Shown here piece after piece: positions 10,994 to 20,473 of a stretch of DNA of 64,000 nucleotides (positions are counted from its first letter, which is position 1; each line of letters starts with the position of its first letter). Where the stretch lies: the NCBI GenBank assembly GCA_964540105.1, contig CAZILL010000002.1, forward strand, positions 909,102 through 973,101. The letters are read 5' to 3'. The position numbers and the translations under genes were made by a program. The notes under the pieces are model-generated. The model did not search any database. It saw nothing but the letters and a program-made list of their open reading frames with translations, and was not told where the DNA came from. This DNA is from an uncultured Ignavibacteriales bacterium (GTDB taxonomy: Bacteria > Zixibacteria > MSB-5A5 > GN15 > FEB-12).

Positions 10994-11476
10994 ATGAAGA
11001 TCTCCAAGAGCTCACGTCACTCTAAGATCACGGGAGACTTTGGCGAGCGCCTTGTGCTCTACTGGCTGTCGAAATACGGGTTCGAGTGCGCCTACGTTGA
11101 TCACGTTGGCATTGACATCATCGCGTGCAATCCGTATACGAAAGAACTTATGGGCGTCTCAGTCAAATCACGCTCGCGAGACACCGGTACGGAAAGCACT
11201 ACAGTCAACATACCTAATGATCAACTGGATAAGCTAAGAGCAGCGTGTGATGCCTTCAGATGCGAGCCGTACTTCGCAGTCGTAGTGGATGAATCTGATA
11301 CGATTCTTGTGCACATTCTGAGTGCCTCCCATCTGGTCAGTCTCTGCCCGCCCGGAAAGAGATGCATGAGTTGGAAGACGAGCAAAGCTTGGTTGGCTAA
11401 GTACAAGACCGATCCTGAGATAAGAACCTTCAGCTTCACAACAAAGATCGGCAATTGGTGGCGCGAGAAGGGATGA
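10994..11476 (+). CDS. Small PD-(D/E)XK-like nuclease-fold protein (Hjc/YraN-like), function unknown
   Basis: GDFGE...L...GF...GIDIIA...GVSVKSR pattern; GGAG upstream; codon usage looks less host-like than the flanking genes. Confidence 0.6.
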   Translation: MKISKSSRHSKITGDFGERLVLYWLSKYGFECAYVDHVGIDIIACNPYTKELMGVSVKSRSRDTGTESTTVNIPNDQLDKLRAACDAFRCEPYFAVVVDESDTILVHILSASHLVSLCPPGKRCMSWKTSKAWLAKYKTDPEIRTFSFTTKIGNWWREKG

Positions 11477-11484
11477 GCTCCCCC

Positions 11485-11509
11485 GGAACCTTCCGCCCCC
11501 GCCGCCGTT
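11485..11509 (+). promoter_or_regulatory. Putative ECF sigma promoter GGAAC-N16-CGTT
   Basis: GGAAC 11485-11489, 16-nt spacer, CGTT 11506-11509, upstream of the gene at 11563. Confidence 0.5.
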
Positions 11510-11562
11510 TTATCTAATTATTGTTCACGAACGAACCACTAAACATGCGAAAGGACTTCGCT

Positions 11563-12270
11563 ATGAAAGTTGCTCTATTTATCCTGCTCGCTCTTGTCTC
11601 ACTATTACCATGCGCTGCTACCGCCGATCAACGCTCCTATGTCTGGACCTACGAATATCACACAGTCCCGAAAGGCGAAGCTGAGATCGAATCCTACTTC
11701 ACTATCTCTGCTCCGGGAACAGACAGCCTCGAAGGGAAGGCCAGCTCCGAGCATAAGTTCGAACTCGAAGTCGGCATGACTGACCGTTTTGATTTCGCGA
11801 TCTACCAGGTCTTTTCGCAAGCCCCAAAGCAATCCCTTACGTATGACGGTTTCCAACTGCGGGCGCGCTATCGCATTGGTGAGAAGGGGAAGTACTTTCT
11901 GGACCCGGTGCTGTATCTCGAATACAAGGGCGTGCCGGATTTCGCCGTCCACGGATTCGAAGCCAAGCTGATCCTCGCCAGAGATTTCGGACGTTTCAAC
12001 ATCGCCCTGAACCCGATTCTGGATATTGAACTGGCCGACTCAAACGAAGCCAATTCTGAGTACGCCGTTGGCATGAACTACGGGGTTAACGACATGCTAC
12101 GACTCGGGATCGAAGCGAAAGGGAGCGAAAGCGGCCACTACATCGGCCCCGTAATTGCCCACGGCAAAGGGCGTTTCTGGGTAGCGATCGGCTCGGCCTT
12201 CAAAGTTGGGAGCGTTGATCAAGGTAAACCCGGGTTTCAACTGCGTATGCTCGCGGGGATCGGACTGTAA
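11563..12270 (+). CDS. Exported hypothetical protein, probable small outer-membrane beta-barrel
   Basis: Signal peptide, YVWTYEY.TVPKGEAEIE start, alternating beta-strand pattern; AAGGA ribosome-binding site. Confidence 0.65.
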   Translation: MKVALFILLALVSLLPCAATADQRSYVWTYEYHTVPKGEAEIESYFTISAPGTDSLEGKASSEHKFELEVGMTDRFDFAIYQVFSQAPKQSLTYDGFQLRARYRIGEKGKYFLDPVLYLEYKGVPDFAVHGFEAKLILARDFGRFNIALNPILDIELADSNEANSEYAVGMNYGVNDMLRLGIEAKGSESGHYIGPVIAHGKGRFWVAIGSAFKVGSVDQGKPGFQLRMLAGIGL

Positions 12271-12581
12271 GCGGAGGCACGGCCGTGGCCAAACGGACCT
12301 ACCTTAATAAGCGACGTTACCCCCTGTCCGTAAACCTGCACTCAGCTGACCCTGCAAAATCACTGGCGATTCACCCCTGATCTCTTTTTCGCTCCCCCAT
12401 GTGGAGGTAACGCGTATGCCCACGATTGAAAAACAGCCATCACGAGACCCAGATCCAATGGCCAACGCAAAATCACCACCAAAGAAATGTCATGAAAAAT
12501 GAAACTTATGGAAAACGAACCCATTTTTCTGATCACAAACCCTCGACACTCGCGCAGCGGACTTGTCCCCACGCAGTGGGC

Positions 12582-12610
12582 TTGACCTGACATTATATTA
12601 CCCCTATACT
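12582..12610 (+). promoter_or_regulatory. Sigma70-type promoter TTGACC-N17-TATACT (probably yields a leaderless mRNA)
   Basis: Near-consensus -35/-10; the ATG lies 7 nt after the -10 with no Shine-Dalgarno. Confidence 0.65.
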
Positions 12611-12617
12611 CACCCCC

Positions 12618-13115
12618 ATGACTGTAAAGCGAACCGACTACATCAGCTGGGACGACTACTTCATGGCCGTCGCCCAGCTCTCCGCCCACCGCTCCAAAGA
12701 CCCGGGGACTCAGGTCGGGGCCTGCATCGTCAACAAGAATAAGCGGATCATCGGCATTGGCTACAACGGCTTCCCCGCTGGTTGTTCCGATGACGAACTC
12801 CCGTGGGCTCGCGACGGCGCCTACCTCGACACCAAGTATCCCTATGTCTGCCATGCCGAAATGAACGCGATCACCAACGCTGCCAACAAGCCCGACCTCG
12901 ACGGCGCCACATTATATGTCTCTCTTTACCCGTGCAACGAATGCGCCAAACTCATCATTCAGGTCGGGATCAAGGAAGTCGTCTATCTTTCTGACAAGTA
13001 CGCTCACGACGACAAGTTCGTGGCGGCGAGAAAAGTTTTCCAAATGGCGGGTATCTCGACTCGCCAACTCCGACCAATTCAGACCACGATTACCCTCAAG
13101 CTCGAAGACCTCTAA
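12618..13115 (+). CDS. dCMP deaminase (ComEB/DCTD family)
   Basis: ISWDDYFM, RSKDPGTQVGACIV, zinc motifs HAEMNAI and PCNEC. Confidence 0.93.
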   Translation: MTVKRTDYISWDDYFMAVAQLSAHRSKDPGTQVGACIVNKNKRIIGIGYNGFPAGCSDDELPWARDGAYLDTKYPYVCHAEMNAITNAANKPDLDGATLYVSLYPCNECAKLIIQVGIKEVVYLSDKYAHDDKFVAARKVFQMAGISTRQLRPIQTTITLKLEDL

Positions 13116-13305
13116 CAGAATCCCTGTCTGTTCCTTCAGCCGGAACCGCGATCAGCCGATAAACCGACAACTGCGGGCGATCCCCGGGCCGGTTCTCTTC
13201 GCGCGCAGATTTTGAGAATATCGGGCAGATTTTAGGTTGCGTCCGGTCGGACAGACCATAGATTTCGGCTTTTTCCGGCAGGAACTTTCTAACAGGAGTA
13301 GATAT

Positions 13306-14631
13306 ATGGCAAGAACAAGAGAAGATGTACTAAGGCAAATCGACGAAGTGGGCGTGCGCTACATTCGCCTCTGCTTCACCGACATTCTCGGCAAAATCAA
13401 AGGGATGTCAATTACCCGCTCCGAGATCGAACAGGTGCTCGAAGAAGGACAGGGGTTTGATGGTTCTTCGGTCGAAGGATTCGCACGCATCGACGAGTCC
13501 GACCTGATGGCGATCCCTGACCCATTGACCTTCCGCGTTATCCCGTGGGAGATCGCGGGGGAGAAGATCGCTATGATGTTCTGCGACATTCAGAACCCCG
13601 ATGGCACCCCCTACGACGGCGACCCGCGCTGGGTGCTCAAACGCCAGCTCGAGAAACTCAAGGAAAAGAACTGGACCTTCTTTGTCGGCCCGGAGCTTGA
13701 GTACTTCTACTTCCAGAACGACAAAGAAACCACCGTTCTCGACACCGCTGGCTATTTCGACTACGAATCCGTCGACATCGGCACTCAGCTTCGCAAGAAG
13801 ACCGTCAACGCTCTCGAGCTGATGGACATTCGCGTCGAATGCTCGCACCATGAAGTTGCCCCGAGTCAGCATGAAATCGACCTGAAGTATCAGGAAGCGC
13901 TCGTGATGGCCGACTTCGCTCAGGTCTATCGCTTTGTTGCCAAGGAAGTCGCCCTCGAGAACGATCTGTATGCCAGTTTCATGCCCAAACCGATTTTCGG
14001 CGAAAACGGCAGCGGCATGCATTGCCATGTTTCCTTGTTCAAGGGAGAGAAGAATCTCTTCTTCGACCCCAAAGGGGAATATAACCTCTCCAAAACGGCC
14101 CGCCATTTCACGGCCGGCGTCTTGAATCACGTCAAAGAAATCACGCTCGTGCTCAACCAGTGGGTTAACTCCTACAAGCGCCTTGTTCCCGGCTACGAGG
14201 CCCCTGTCTACATCAGTTGGGGGCGTCGCAACCGCTCCAGCCTCGTGCGTGTCCCCATGTATCGCGTCGGTAAAGAAAAGGCGACCCGCATTGAACTCCG
14301 TTCCCCCGATCCCGCCGCCAATCCGTACCTGGCTTTCGCCTGCATTCTGGCCGCCGGACTCAAGGGAATCGAAAAGAGCTACGAGCTCCCCAAGCCGGTT
14401 GAGGAGAACATCTTCAAGCTCACCGACGAACAGAAGAAGAAGATGAATATCGATACCCTTCCCGACTCGCTTGAAAATGCCATCAATCTCGCTGAATCTT
14501 CCAAGCTCGTCCAAGAAACTCTCGGCGACCATGTCTTCTCCAAGCTGATCGCCAACAAGCGCATCGAGTGGGATCAGTATCGCATGCATGTTGGTAACTA
14601 CGAAATCGGTAAGTACCTCTCCCTGCTGTAG
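13306..14631 (+). CDS. glnA: Glutamine synthetase type I
   Basis: FDGSSVEGF, GPELEY, HHEVAPSQHEID, FMPKP..GENGSGMHCH, NSYKRLVPGYEAP, RIELRSPDPAANPYL; AGGAG RBS. Confidence 0.95.
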   Translation: MARTREDVLRQIDEVGVRYIRLCFTDILGKIKGMSITRSEIEQVLEEGQGFDGSSVEGFARIDESDLMAIPDPLTFRVIPWEIAGEKIAMMFCDIQNPDGTPYDGDPRWVLKRQLEKLKEKNWTFFVGPELEYFYFQNDKETTVLDTAGYFDYESVDIGTQLRKKTVNALELMDIRVECSHHEVAPSQHEIDLKYQEALVMADFAQVYRFVAKEVALENDLYASFMPKPIFGENGSGMHCHVSLFKGEKNLFFDPKGEYNLSKTARHFTAGVLNHVKEITLVLNQWVNSYKRLVPGYEAPVYISWGRRNRSSLVRVPMYRVGKEKATRIELRSPDPAANPYLAFACILAAGLKGIEKSYELPKPVEENIFKLTDEQKKKMNIDTLPDSLENAINLAESSKLVQETLGDHVFSKLIANKRIEWDQYRMHVGNYEIGKYLSLL

Positions 14632-14660
14632 TTCGTCGCGTCTCTTTCGCTCAAGTGATT

Positions 14661-14691
14661 AAGGGCCGGTCTCTCACGAGTCCGGCCTTTC
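14661..14691 (+). terminator. Putative intrinsic terminator after glnA
   Basis: AAGGGCCGGTCTC-TCAC-GAGTCCGGCCTTT hairpin with a short T tail. Confidence 0.55.
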
Positions 14692-14712
14692 TGAACATCA
14701 GCACAATCCTGT

Positions 14713-14740
14713 TTGCCACGTCTCGTGGACACCCTATATT
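14713..14740 (+). promoter_or_regulatory. Sigma70-type promoter TTGCCA-N16-TATATT for gatA (probably leaderless)
   Basis: The -10 ends 7 nt before ATG 14748; no Shine-Dalgarno. Confidence 0.5.
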
Positions 14741-14747
14741 TCCCTAC

Positions 14748-16187
14748 ATGTTCGACTACCGATCGCTCACCGCCACCGAAATCGCCGTCGCTGTCCGCTC
14801 GTGCAAAATGAGCGCTTCCGTACTTACCGAACACGCGCTCAACCTGGCCGCCACCGACGGTCGCGATCTCAATGCCTTCATCACTCTCTGTGACACCAAA
14901 GCTCTCGCGCGGGCGCAGGCGATTGATGCCGCCGTAGCCTCTCGCACTTTGAACGCGCAACTCCCTCTCGCCGGTGTCCCGATCGCCATCAAAGATAACA
15001 TCTCCTACACCGACTACCCCTGCACCTGCGGCTCGCATATCCTCGAGAACTATGTTCCCCCCTACGATGCCACCGTCGTGAAACATCTTGAGTCCGCCGG
15101 CGCGATCATTATCGGCAAGACCAACATGGACGAATTCGCGATGGGCTCGTCGACCGAGAACTCGTTCTTTGGTCCCGTACGAAACCCGCTACGCCACGAC
15201 CTTACCCCCGGCGGTTCTTCCGGCGGATCAGCTGCCGCCGTCGCTCAGAAGATAGTCCCGCTCGCGCTCGGCTCCGAAACAGGTGGCTCGGTCCGCCAGC
15301 CCGCCGCGTTCTGCGGTTTGTTCGGCTTGAAACCGACCTATGGCGGCGTCTCGCGCTACGGACTCGTTGCGTTCGCGTCATCGACTGATCAGATCAGCCC
15401 CTTTGCGTGCAACGCCTCCGACCTCGCCCTGCTCTATAGCACCATCTGCGGCCGTGACCCGAATGACTCGACTTCCGTGAGCTTCGATCACCCCGACTAT
15501 CTTGCGCAGATCGACAGCGACCGAAAATTCAGAATCGGCATCCCCAAAGAGTACTTCGGAGAAGGGCTCGATCCGCACGTACACGATGTTGTCCGCAACG
15601 CGATCTCAGTGCTTGAAAAAGCCGGCCACACTTTCGTCGAGATTTCACTGCCTACGACCGACAAGGGGATCGCGATCTACTACGTTATCGCCTGTGCCGA
15701 GGCTTCGGCCAATCTGGCGCGCTTTGATGGCGTCAAGTTCGGTCTGCGCGAAAGCGGTGACAAATCGCTGGCCGAAATGTACGCCGATACCCGCGCCCGT
15801 GGCTTTGGCCCGGAAGTCAAACGCCGCATCATGCTCGGCACCTACACGCTCTCCTCTGGCTACTACGATGCCTACTATATTAAGGCTTCTCGTGTGCGCG
15901 AACTCCTGCGCCGTGACTTCGAAACCGCTTTCCAGCAGGTCGACCTGATCATTAGCCCGACCTCACCAACACCCCCCTTCGCGCTGGGGGAGAGGATTGC
16001 CGATCCGCTCACCATGTATCTCTCCGACGTTTACACCGTCTCCGCGAGCCTAACCGGCAACCCAGCCATCTCAATCCCGTTTGGCGCTGTCCCCGATGGT
16101 CGTCCGGTCGGCGTCCAATTCATGGCCCGCCACTTCGACGAACTCAGCCTCTTTCAGATCGCTCGTCTTCTGGAACAACTTCACTAA
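14748..16187 (+). CDS. gatA: Asp-tRNA(Asn)/Glu-tRNA(Gln) amidotransferase subunit A
   Basis: GKTNMDEFAMGSSTE, PGGSSGGSAAAV, GSETGGSVRQPA, FGPEVKRRIMLGTY, MYLSDVYTV. Confidence 0.95.
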   Translation: MFDYRSLTATEIAVAVRSCKMSASVLTEHALNLAATDGRDLNAFITLCDTKALARAQAIDAAVASRTLNAQLPLAGVPIAIKDNISYTDYPCTCGSHILENYVPPYDATVVKHLESAGAIIIGKTNMDEFAMGSSTENSFFGPVRNPLRHDLTPGGSSGGSAAAVAQKIVPLALGSETGGSVRQPAAFCGLFGLKPTYGGVSRYGLVAFASSTDQISPFACNASDLALLYSTICGRDPNDSTSVSFDHPDYLAQIDSDRKFRIGIPKEYFGEGLDPHVHDVVRNAISVLEKAGHTFVEISLPTTDKGIAIYYVIACAEASANLARFDGVKFGLRESGDKSLAEMYADTRARGFGPEVKRRIMLGTYTLSSGYYDAYYIKASRVRELLRRDFETAFQQVDLIISPTSPTPPFALGERIADPLTMYLSDVYTVSASLTGNPAISIPFGAVPDGRPVGVQFMARHFDELSLFQIARLLEQLH

Positions 16188-16190
16188 GTT

Positions 16191-16976
16191 ATGCCGTACA
16201 TCGCCAATAGTTCGGTCCGCACCTACTACGAAGAACACGGCTCCGGTCAACCTGTCGTATTCCTGCACGGCTTCACGCTCGACCGGCGCATGTGGCGCGA
16301 CCAGGTTCCCTTCCTGTCAAATCATTTCCGCATGATCATTCAGGATGCGCGCGGTCACGGCCTCTCCGACACTCCGCCAACCGGCTACAGCCGTGCCGAC
16401 CGCATCTCCGATGTCATCGCCCTTATCAATCATCTGGGACTCGCTAAAGTCCACCTCGTCGGCCTTTCGATGGGTGGTTCGACCGCCATCGGCTTCGCGC
16501 TCAAACATCAAGAGCGACTCCTGTCGCTCACGCTGGTCGACACCGGAGCCGCCGGTTATCAGATGGGGAAGAAGATCGTGCGCATCGATGACATCGTGCA
16601 GGCCAAAGGGCTCGAAGCCGGCAAAGGGCAGTGGCTCAGGATGACCCTCATGTGGTACAAAGGGAAGCGGGCTGTCCACGCGGAGCTTATGACCGCGATG
16701 GTCAACGACCACTCCGGCGCGATCTGGACCGATCCCATGCGCGGTAAGTACCCGCCGTCACCGCCCGATCTTGACGCCGTCCATGCGATCAGAGTGCCGA
16801 CTTGCATTTTTGTGGGGGAGAAGGACAGGGTCTTCGTGCCGCTGGCGAAGGAGCTTCACAAACGGATCGCCGGAAGCATTTACCATGAGTACGCGGGCGT
16901 TGGGCACATGCTCAATATTGAAGCGCCGGAGAAATTCAATCAGGACCTAAAGAGCTTCCTTGAATCTTGCAAATAG
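16191..16976 (+). CDS. Alpha/beta fold hydrolase
   Basis: FLHGF, DARGHG, nucleophile elbow GLSMGG, GEKD, GVGHML. Confidence 0.9.
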   Translation: MPYIANSSVRTYYEEHGSGQPVVFLHGFTLDRRMWRDQVPFLSNHFRMIIQDARGHGLSDTPPTGYSRADRISDVIALINHLGLAKVHLVGLSMGGSTAIGFALKHQERLLSLTLVDTGAAGYQMGKKIVRIDDIVQAKGLEAGKGQWLRMTLMWYKGKRAVHAELMTAMVNDHSGAIWTDPMRGKYPPSPPDLDAVHAIRVPTCIFVGEKDRVFVPLAKELHKRIAGSIYHEYAGVGHMLNIEAPEKFNQDLKSFLESCK

Positions 16977-16986
16977 GCTGAAGTGA

Positions 16987-17040
16987 CCCACCCTTCGCCT
17001 CTCCCATGCATGGGAGAGGGTGGCGCGAAGCGACGGGAAG
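16987..17040. repeat. REP-like palindromic element (CCTCTCCC-ATGCAT-GGGAGAGG)
   Basis: Perfect palindrome cctctcccatgcatgggagagg followed by gtggcgcgaagcgacggga, located between convergent genes. Confidence 0.55.
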
Positions 17041-17079
17041 CTCTTCAACACTCCCTTGGATGGTTGGCCACCCGACCAC

Positions 17080-18204
17080 TTAGTGAGACTTCTTTTCGCC
17101 GACCCTCGGTATTCCGGGACGTGCCTTACCGTTCTCTGCAATGATCGTATAGAGAAAATGCGCTTCCTTCAGTAGCTCGACAACCGGCCATTTCGCCGTC
17201 ACGATTAAATGACCGGTTGAATCCTCACGGGCATTGACGCCAAATGCGATCACGAGCGAATCTCTCTGATGTACTGTCAACGAATCAAATCGAAGGGTGA
17301 AGACCGTTGTGTCGAGCCCTGGCGGGAGAGGCATATCTATTTTGGCGCCGGGCACCACGAACTTGGCCAGGTGAAAACGGGTCTCTCCTTTCTTTCGAGT
17401 CCATATTTGTCCGTCAATGATGATGTCCTGTACGTTTGCATTGCTCAGCGGCGTCTTCTCCAAACTGTAGCGATGCTGCATTTCGTCATAATGTCTTCGT
17501 TGAGGGGTTCCCGCTTTGAAAAGTTCTTTGGCAACTGGAATGGAGTATCCCAGGGAGTCCTGAATCCAAATAATGGTCGTATCTCCCCTTCTTGCTGTCA
17601 TTAGCGAATCTTGCTCGGCTTGCCGTTTGTCCGGAACAGGAGGCGGCAAGGCAGAATCAGCTGTTGTTACGCTTGGAGGATTTGATTCCTTGGCGTTGAC
17701 GAGCGAATCAGTTAAGGGTGATACCTGTTGACTTGTGATGATTCGGGGTTTCGGATAGAGCATCTTCGCATAAGCGCGAAGATCACCTCCCTTAAGCTCC
17801 AGACCGCCATCTCTCGGAGCCCACCAGTACTCCGGCTTCTCCGAGAAATCTCCCGCCTTGATTTGTACTCTGATACCACACGTGTCCATGGAGGGGATGT
17901 TCAGATGCAATGCAAACTTCACCGAATCGCCTTGTGTGCAGAATGCCGACATTGTGGCTGGGTCAGAGCAGGTCAATTGGTCCGTTGTCAGGACTGATAA
18001 CGTGACCGACTGACACGGCTCGTTTGCTCTAACGGTGAGCGTCAGGGTGACATTTCCCGGTACTACAAGCAGGGGAGAAACCTCCAGATGGTAGGTGAAC
18101 GGGCCATGCCAAAGAGTGCCATCGGCAACGGCGCGAGGGCTTGCTGAGAACACTACGGCAGCAGCCGAGATCACTAGCAAGAATGGAGTGCGAATCCGCA
18201 TCAT
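17080..18204 (-). CDS. Exported hypothetical protein
   Basis: 374-aa ORF with GGAGG RBS and a signal peptide (AVA|DG); no recognisable family motif. Confidence 0.65.
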   Translation of the reverse strand: MMRIRTPFLLVISAAAVVFSASPRAVADGTLWHGPFTYHLEVSPLLVVPGNVTLTLTVRANEPCQSVTLSVLTTDQLTCSDPATMSAFCTQGDSVKFALHLNIPSMDTCGIRVQIKAGDFSEKPEYWWAPRDGGLELKGGDLRAYAKMLYPKPRIITSQQVSPLTDSLVNAKESNPPSVTTADSALPPPVPDKRQAEQDSLMTARRGDTTIIWIQDSLGYSIPVAKELFKAGTPQRRHYDEMQHRYSLEKTPLSNANVQDIIIDGQIWTRKKGETRFHLAKFVVPGAKIDMPLPPGLDTTVFTLRFDSLTVHQRDSLVIAFGVNAREDSTGHLIVTAKWPVVELLKEAHFLYTIIAENGKARPGIPRVGEKKSH

Positions 18205-18348
18205 TTCCTCCCTGTGCCATCATTCACAGAAGATACCGTAGCATCTGAACCTAAGACGTTTCCGTTCGACAGAGGATGCAATGTAATCTACGAGTTGGCA
18301 ATTTGTCGACAAGAAATCCCTCGACTGGTTATGCACCCCACCTACCAT

Positions 18349-18376
18349 TTGACTTTCCACCCACCCCGCCTATATT
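18349..18376 (+). promoter_or_regulatory. Sigma70-type promoter TTGACT-N16-TATATT for gatB-purNCH
   Basis: Near-consensus hexamers upstream of the AAGGA RBS. Confidence 0.55.
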
Positions 18377-18401
18377 TCCGGACTCAGGAAAGGACAGAAA
18401 T

Positions 18402-19862
18402 TTGGTGATATACGATGGATTCGAAGCGGTCATCGGGCTTGAAGTCCACGCCCAACTGTTGACCGACAGTAAAATCTTCTGCGGCTGTAAGGTCGGCTAC
18501 CGCACCCACGACAAAGAACCGCCCAACTCCCTAACCTGTCCTGTCTGTCTCGGCCTTCCGGGCGCACTACCCGTGCTCAACAAGCGAGCCGTCGAATTCG
18601 CCATGCGGGCTATTCTGGCTACCGGCGGCACGGTCGCCAATCGTTCCATCTTCGCCCGAAAGAACTACTTCTATCCCGACCTCCCCAAAGGGTACCAGAT
18701 TTCGCAGTTCGACAAACCGATCGGACTCGGCGGGCAGATCAACTATCGCCTCGCAAGCGGGGAATTGCATACGTGCCGGCTCATTCGGATTCACCTTGAG
18801 GAAGATGCGGGAAAGTCGCTTCATCCAGAAAGAAACGAACCGTGCACCCGTGTCGATCTCAACCGCTGCGGTGTGCCGCTCATTGAGATTGTCTCTGAGG
18901 CCGATATAGGCAGCCCGGAAGAGGCATACGGCTATCTCGTGACGCTGAAGCAGACGCTGCAATATCTCGGCGTTTGTTCCGGCGACATGGAGAAGGGGCA
19001 CTTGCGCTGCGACGCCAATGTCTCGGTTCGACCGGCCGGCCAGACGACTTTCGGCACGCGCACGGAAGTCAAGAATATGAACAGCTTCAAAGGGGTCGAG
19101 CGCGCTCTCAAATACGAAATCGAACGTCAGATCAAACTCATCAAATCCGGCGGTGAAGTTGTCCAGGCCACACTCCTCTGGAACGAAAAACTGCAGGTAG
19201 CCGAGATGATGCGCGGCAAGGAAGAATCGCACGATTACCGCTACTTCCCTGAACCCGATCTTGTCAACCTGGTTATCTCCGATGCCTGGATCGCCGAGAC
19301 CCGCTCCTCACTCCCCGAGCTTCCCGACCAGAAGATCACTCGCTTTGTCGCCCAATATAAAACCCGCGAATACGATGCTCGCGTCCTCACTGACAGCCGT
19401 GAGCTCGCCGATTACTACGAGCGGGTTGTTGCCTGTGGCGCAGAGTCTGTTGCCGCCTCCAACTGGATTCAGACCGAACTTCTGGGCGTCATCAACGAGT
19501 CCGGCGACGACATAGCCACCTACAAGATCACCCCCGCCCTGCTTGCCGAACTCCTGAAACTGATCTCGTCGGGGCAGATTTCAGGGAAAATCGCAAAGAG
19601 TGTGTGGGAAGAGATGATACACAGCGGGCAAACACCAACGGTGATCATCAAAGCGAAGAACCTCGTGCAGGTATCCGACGATGCCACGTTGCGCCCCTTA
19701 ATCGAGAAGATCGTAGCCGATAACCCTGACAATGTCGCCAAGCTCAAGTCGGGAAAGAACAACGTCTTCGGCTTCTTCGTCGGGCAGGTCATGAGGGCCA
19801 CCAAGGGTCAGGCCAATCCCGAAGTTGTCAACCGTCTCTTGAACGAGATCCTAAACACATGA
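18402..19862 (+). CDS. gatB: Asp-tRNA(Asn)/Glu-tRNA(Gln) amidotransferase subunit B
   Basis: FEAVIGLEVHAQL, RKNYFYPDLPKGYQISQ, HLEEDAGKS, LRCDANVS, DYRYFPEPDL, FFVGQVMRATKGQANP. Confidence 0.96.
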   Translation: MVIYDGFEAVIGLEVHAQLLTDSKIFCGCKVGYRTHDKEPPNSLTCPVCLGLPGALPVLNKRAVEFAMRAILATGGTVANRSIFARKNYFYPDLPKGYQISQFDKPIGLGGQINYRLASGELHTCRLIRIHLEEDAGKSLHPERNEPCTRVDLNRCGVPLIEIVSEADIGSPEEAYGYLVTLKQTLQYLGVCSGDMEKGHLRCDANVSVRPAGQTTFGTRTEVKNMNSFKGVERALKYEIERQIKLIKSGGEVVQATLLWNEKLQVAEMMRGKEESHDYRYFPEPDLVNLVISDAWIAETRSSLPELPDQKITRFVAQYKTREYDARVLTDSRELADYYERVVACGAESVAASNWIQTELLGVINESGDDIATYKITPALLAELLKLISSGQISGKIAKSVWEEMIHSGQTPTVIIKAKNLVQVSDDATLRPLIEKIVADNPDNVAKLKSGKNNVFGFFVGQVMRATKGQANPEVVNRLLNEILNT

Positions 19863-20473
19863 ATGTCTCGGCCTCACATCCTGCCCGATTAGCCGTCTTC
19901 ATCTCCGGCCATGGTACCGGCCTTCAATCACTGATCGAAGCCGCATCTAATTGTGCACTCGACGCGCGTATCGTTCTCGTCGTTTCGAGCAACTCCAAAG
20001 CGTACGGTCTCCAGCGTGCAATCAGCGCTGGAATTGATACCTTCGTGTTCAGAGAATATGATTACCCGTCACCCGATCTGTCGGCCGCAACGCTCCTCGA
20101 GCAGCTATCGGCTCGACAGATTGAGTACGTCGCCCTCGCCGGCTACCTGAAGTTCCTGCCCAGTGCAGTCGTTCGTTCGTTTTCTAAGCGCATCACCAAC
20201 ATTCACCCCGCGCTCCTGCCGAAGTACGGCGGCAAAGGGATGTATGGCCGCCACGTCCATGAGGCCGTGCTCGCCGCCGGTGAAAAGGAAACCGGCGCGA
20301 CCGTTCACCTCGTCGATGAAGTCTACGACCACGGCGCTATTCTCGAGCAGATTCATGTTCCAATTCTTCCGGGCGACACGGTCGACTCACTCGCCGAGCG
20401 AGTTTTGCGCGAAGAGCATATACTCTACCCACGCGCACTGCAAAAACTGATCAAAGGAGAATACCAACTATAA
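19859..20473 (+). CDS. purN: Phosphoribosylglycinamide formyltransferase
   Basis: LAVFISG, LAGYLK, NIHPALLPKYGG, TGATVHLVDEVYDHG, EEH.LYP. Confidence 0.93.
   Translation: MNVSASHPARLAVFISGHGTGLQSLIEAASNCALDARIVLVVSSNSKAYGLQRAISAGIDTFVFREYDYPSPDLSAATLLEQLSARQIEYVALAGYLKFLPSAVVRSFSKRITNIHPALLPKYGGKGMYGRHVHEAVLAAGEKETGATVHLVDEVYDHGAILEQIHVPILPGDTVDSLAERVLREEHILYPRALQKLIKGEYQL

Noticed and set aside
13408-14589. 393-aa antisense ORF over glnA (similar ones at 35391-36584, 30209-31282, 60210-61241, 22095-22994)
   Set aside because: Shadow frames expected from GC-rich codon bias opposite well-conserved genes; no family motifs.
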